Below are positions 63,024 to 64,000 of a stretch of 64,000 nucleotides of DNA, piece by piece (positions within the stretch are counted from its first letter, which is position 1; each line of letters starts with the position of its first letter). The notes beneath the pieces were generated by a model. That model was not told where the DNA came from and did not search any database. It saw only the letters and a list, made by a program, of their open reading frames with translations. The position numbers and the translations under genes were made by a program. The stretch comes from Octopus sinensis (lineage: Eukaryota), in NCBI RefSeq assembly GCF_006345805.1, contig NC_043002.1:20770001-20834000 (forward strand), in the 5' to 3' direction.

Positions 63024-64000
63024 GAAGACATTTGCCTAAGTTGCCGCGCTGAGGAACGTGCTTTCACTTGGTTCCAAAGCGAACTTCTTAATCCCATAGC
63101 CATACCTGCGCCTATAAATAAAAAAAATTTGAGGTATTTCTTTAGTAATGTTCCAAAAATGATCGAAGCCTTTTCAACTTTAAATTAACAAACAAGAGTT
63201 TACCGCGTCTCTAAATATGGGGGACATTAAAAAGGATGGTGAGCGATGGCGTATTAAGTGTGTCAGGGTTTGGTTACTTGGTTAGAAAAATTAAAGCAAT
63301 CACCGATGTGTTAGTCACAAGTGACTACTTCCTATTCTCTTCACCTAAGAAATTTTTTTTTCTGGGACGATGTGCTGTTTGTAAAAAAAACAAACATTTA
63401 ATATTCTGGTTGCTGACACACTCACAGAAATGTTCAGGGGCCGTAACAGTTACTGAGATTCTTAAGAGGCGAGAAGCATGCGTGGTTGTCTTTAGTGGAG
63501 CACTTCTTGTTGTGACCTTTAGCCTCATGAGACATCAAACTACAAAGAATATGAAACATCTCAGTTTGTGACATCACAATCTGCTCTCAATTTTCCCCCA
63601 CCCCTACTTATCAACAGCTTAACTAATGAAACAAAAATACTCAAAATAAGAAGAAAATAATATAGGAAGATATATGGGAGGCACATTTTGCTGTATCAAG
63701 CTCTGACCTTCACTGTGCCTCTCATTAGACATTCAAGCTACCCAAAACTGCATACAAAAAAACTGATATTTACGTGTGTCATTTTCTAAAATAATAAGTT
63801 GTGAGTTGAGGAAAATTTGGTTGCTACTTCCAGCAGTTCACATAACCACGCGGAAGCTCCCTCGTGGGTATGGGTACCTCTGTTTTGTGGTATAGTCCCA
63901 AGTCCCATGTATCATGGAGTTTTAATTTTTTATCGACTCTGAAAGGTTGAAAGCAAAGTTGATCTCGTCAGAATTTGAACTCAGACTGCATAGACTTGGA

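Noticed and set aside
63236-63571. 111-aa ORF
   Set aside because: Looks like a decayed repeat fragment; no motif could be assigned on either strand.

Overview
AT-rich, microsatellite-dense animal DNA. Its SINE families and repeat landscape look like an Octopus (coleoid cephalopod) genome; this is recognition from memory, not a database result. The window has one 100-N gap (41821-41920). I found no complete or recognisable host protein-coding gene: most listed ORFs are microsatellite read-throughs or decayed transposon fragments. It contains many tRNA-derived SINEs (several with exact target-site duplications) and LINE remnants of Tx1/L1, RTE, CR1/L2-like and R4/Dong type. It also contains Penelope GIY-YIG remnants and repeats carrying hammerhead-ribozyme cores, four mariner remnants, two Helitron-like elements, and a TTAGGG-bearing MITE family with 8-bp TSDs. 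Top candidates: (1) a Pol III tRNA-like head joined to a near-intact minimal hammerhead (29695-29945); (2) a 43-position hairpin with six G-U wobbles only on the minus strand, like a pri-miRNA (53281-53392); (3) a ~750-bp inverted duplication ending exactly at a mariner end; (4) a cluster of insertions in TAA arrays including a Dong-like fragment; (5) a few orphan splice-site-bounded open exons. Edges of degenerate repeats are approximate and all alignments were done by eye.
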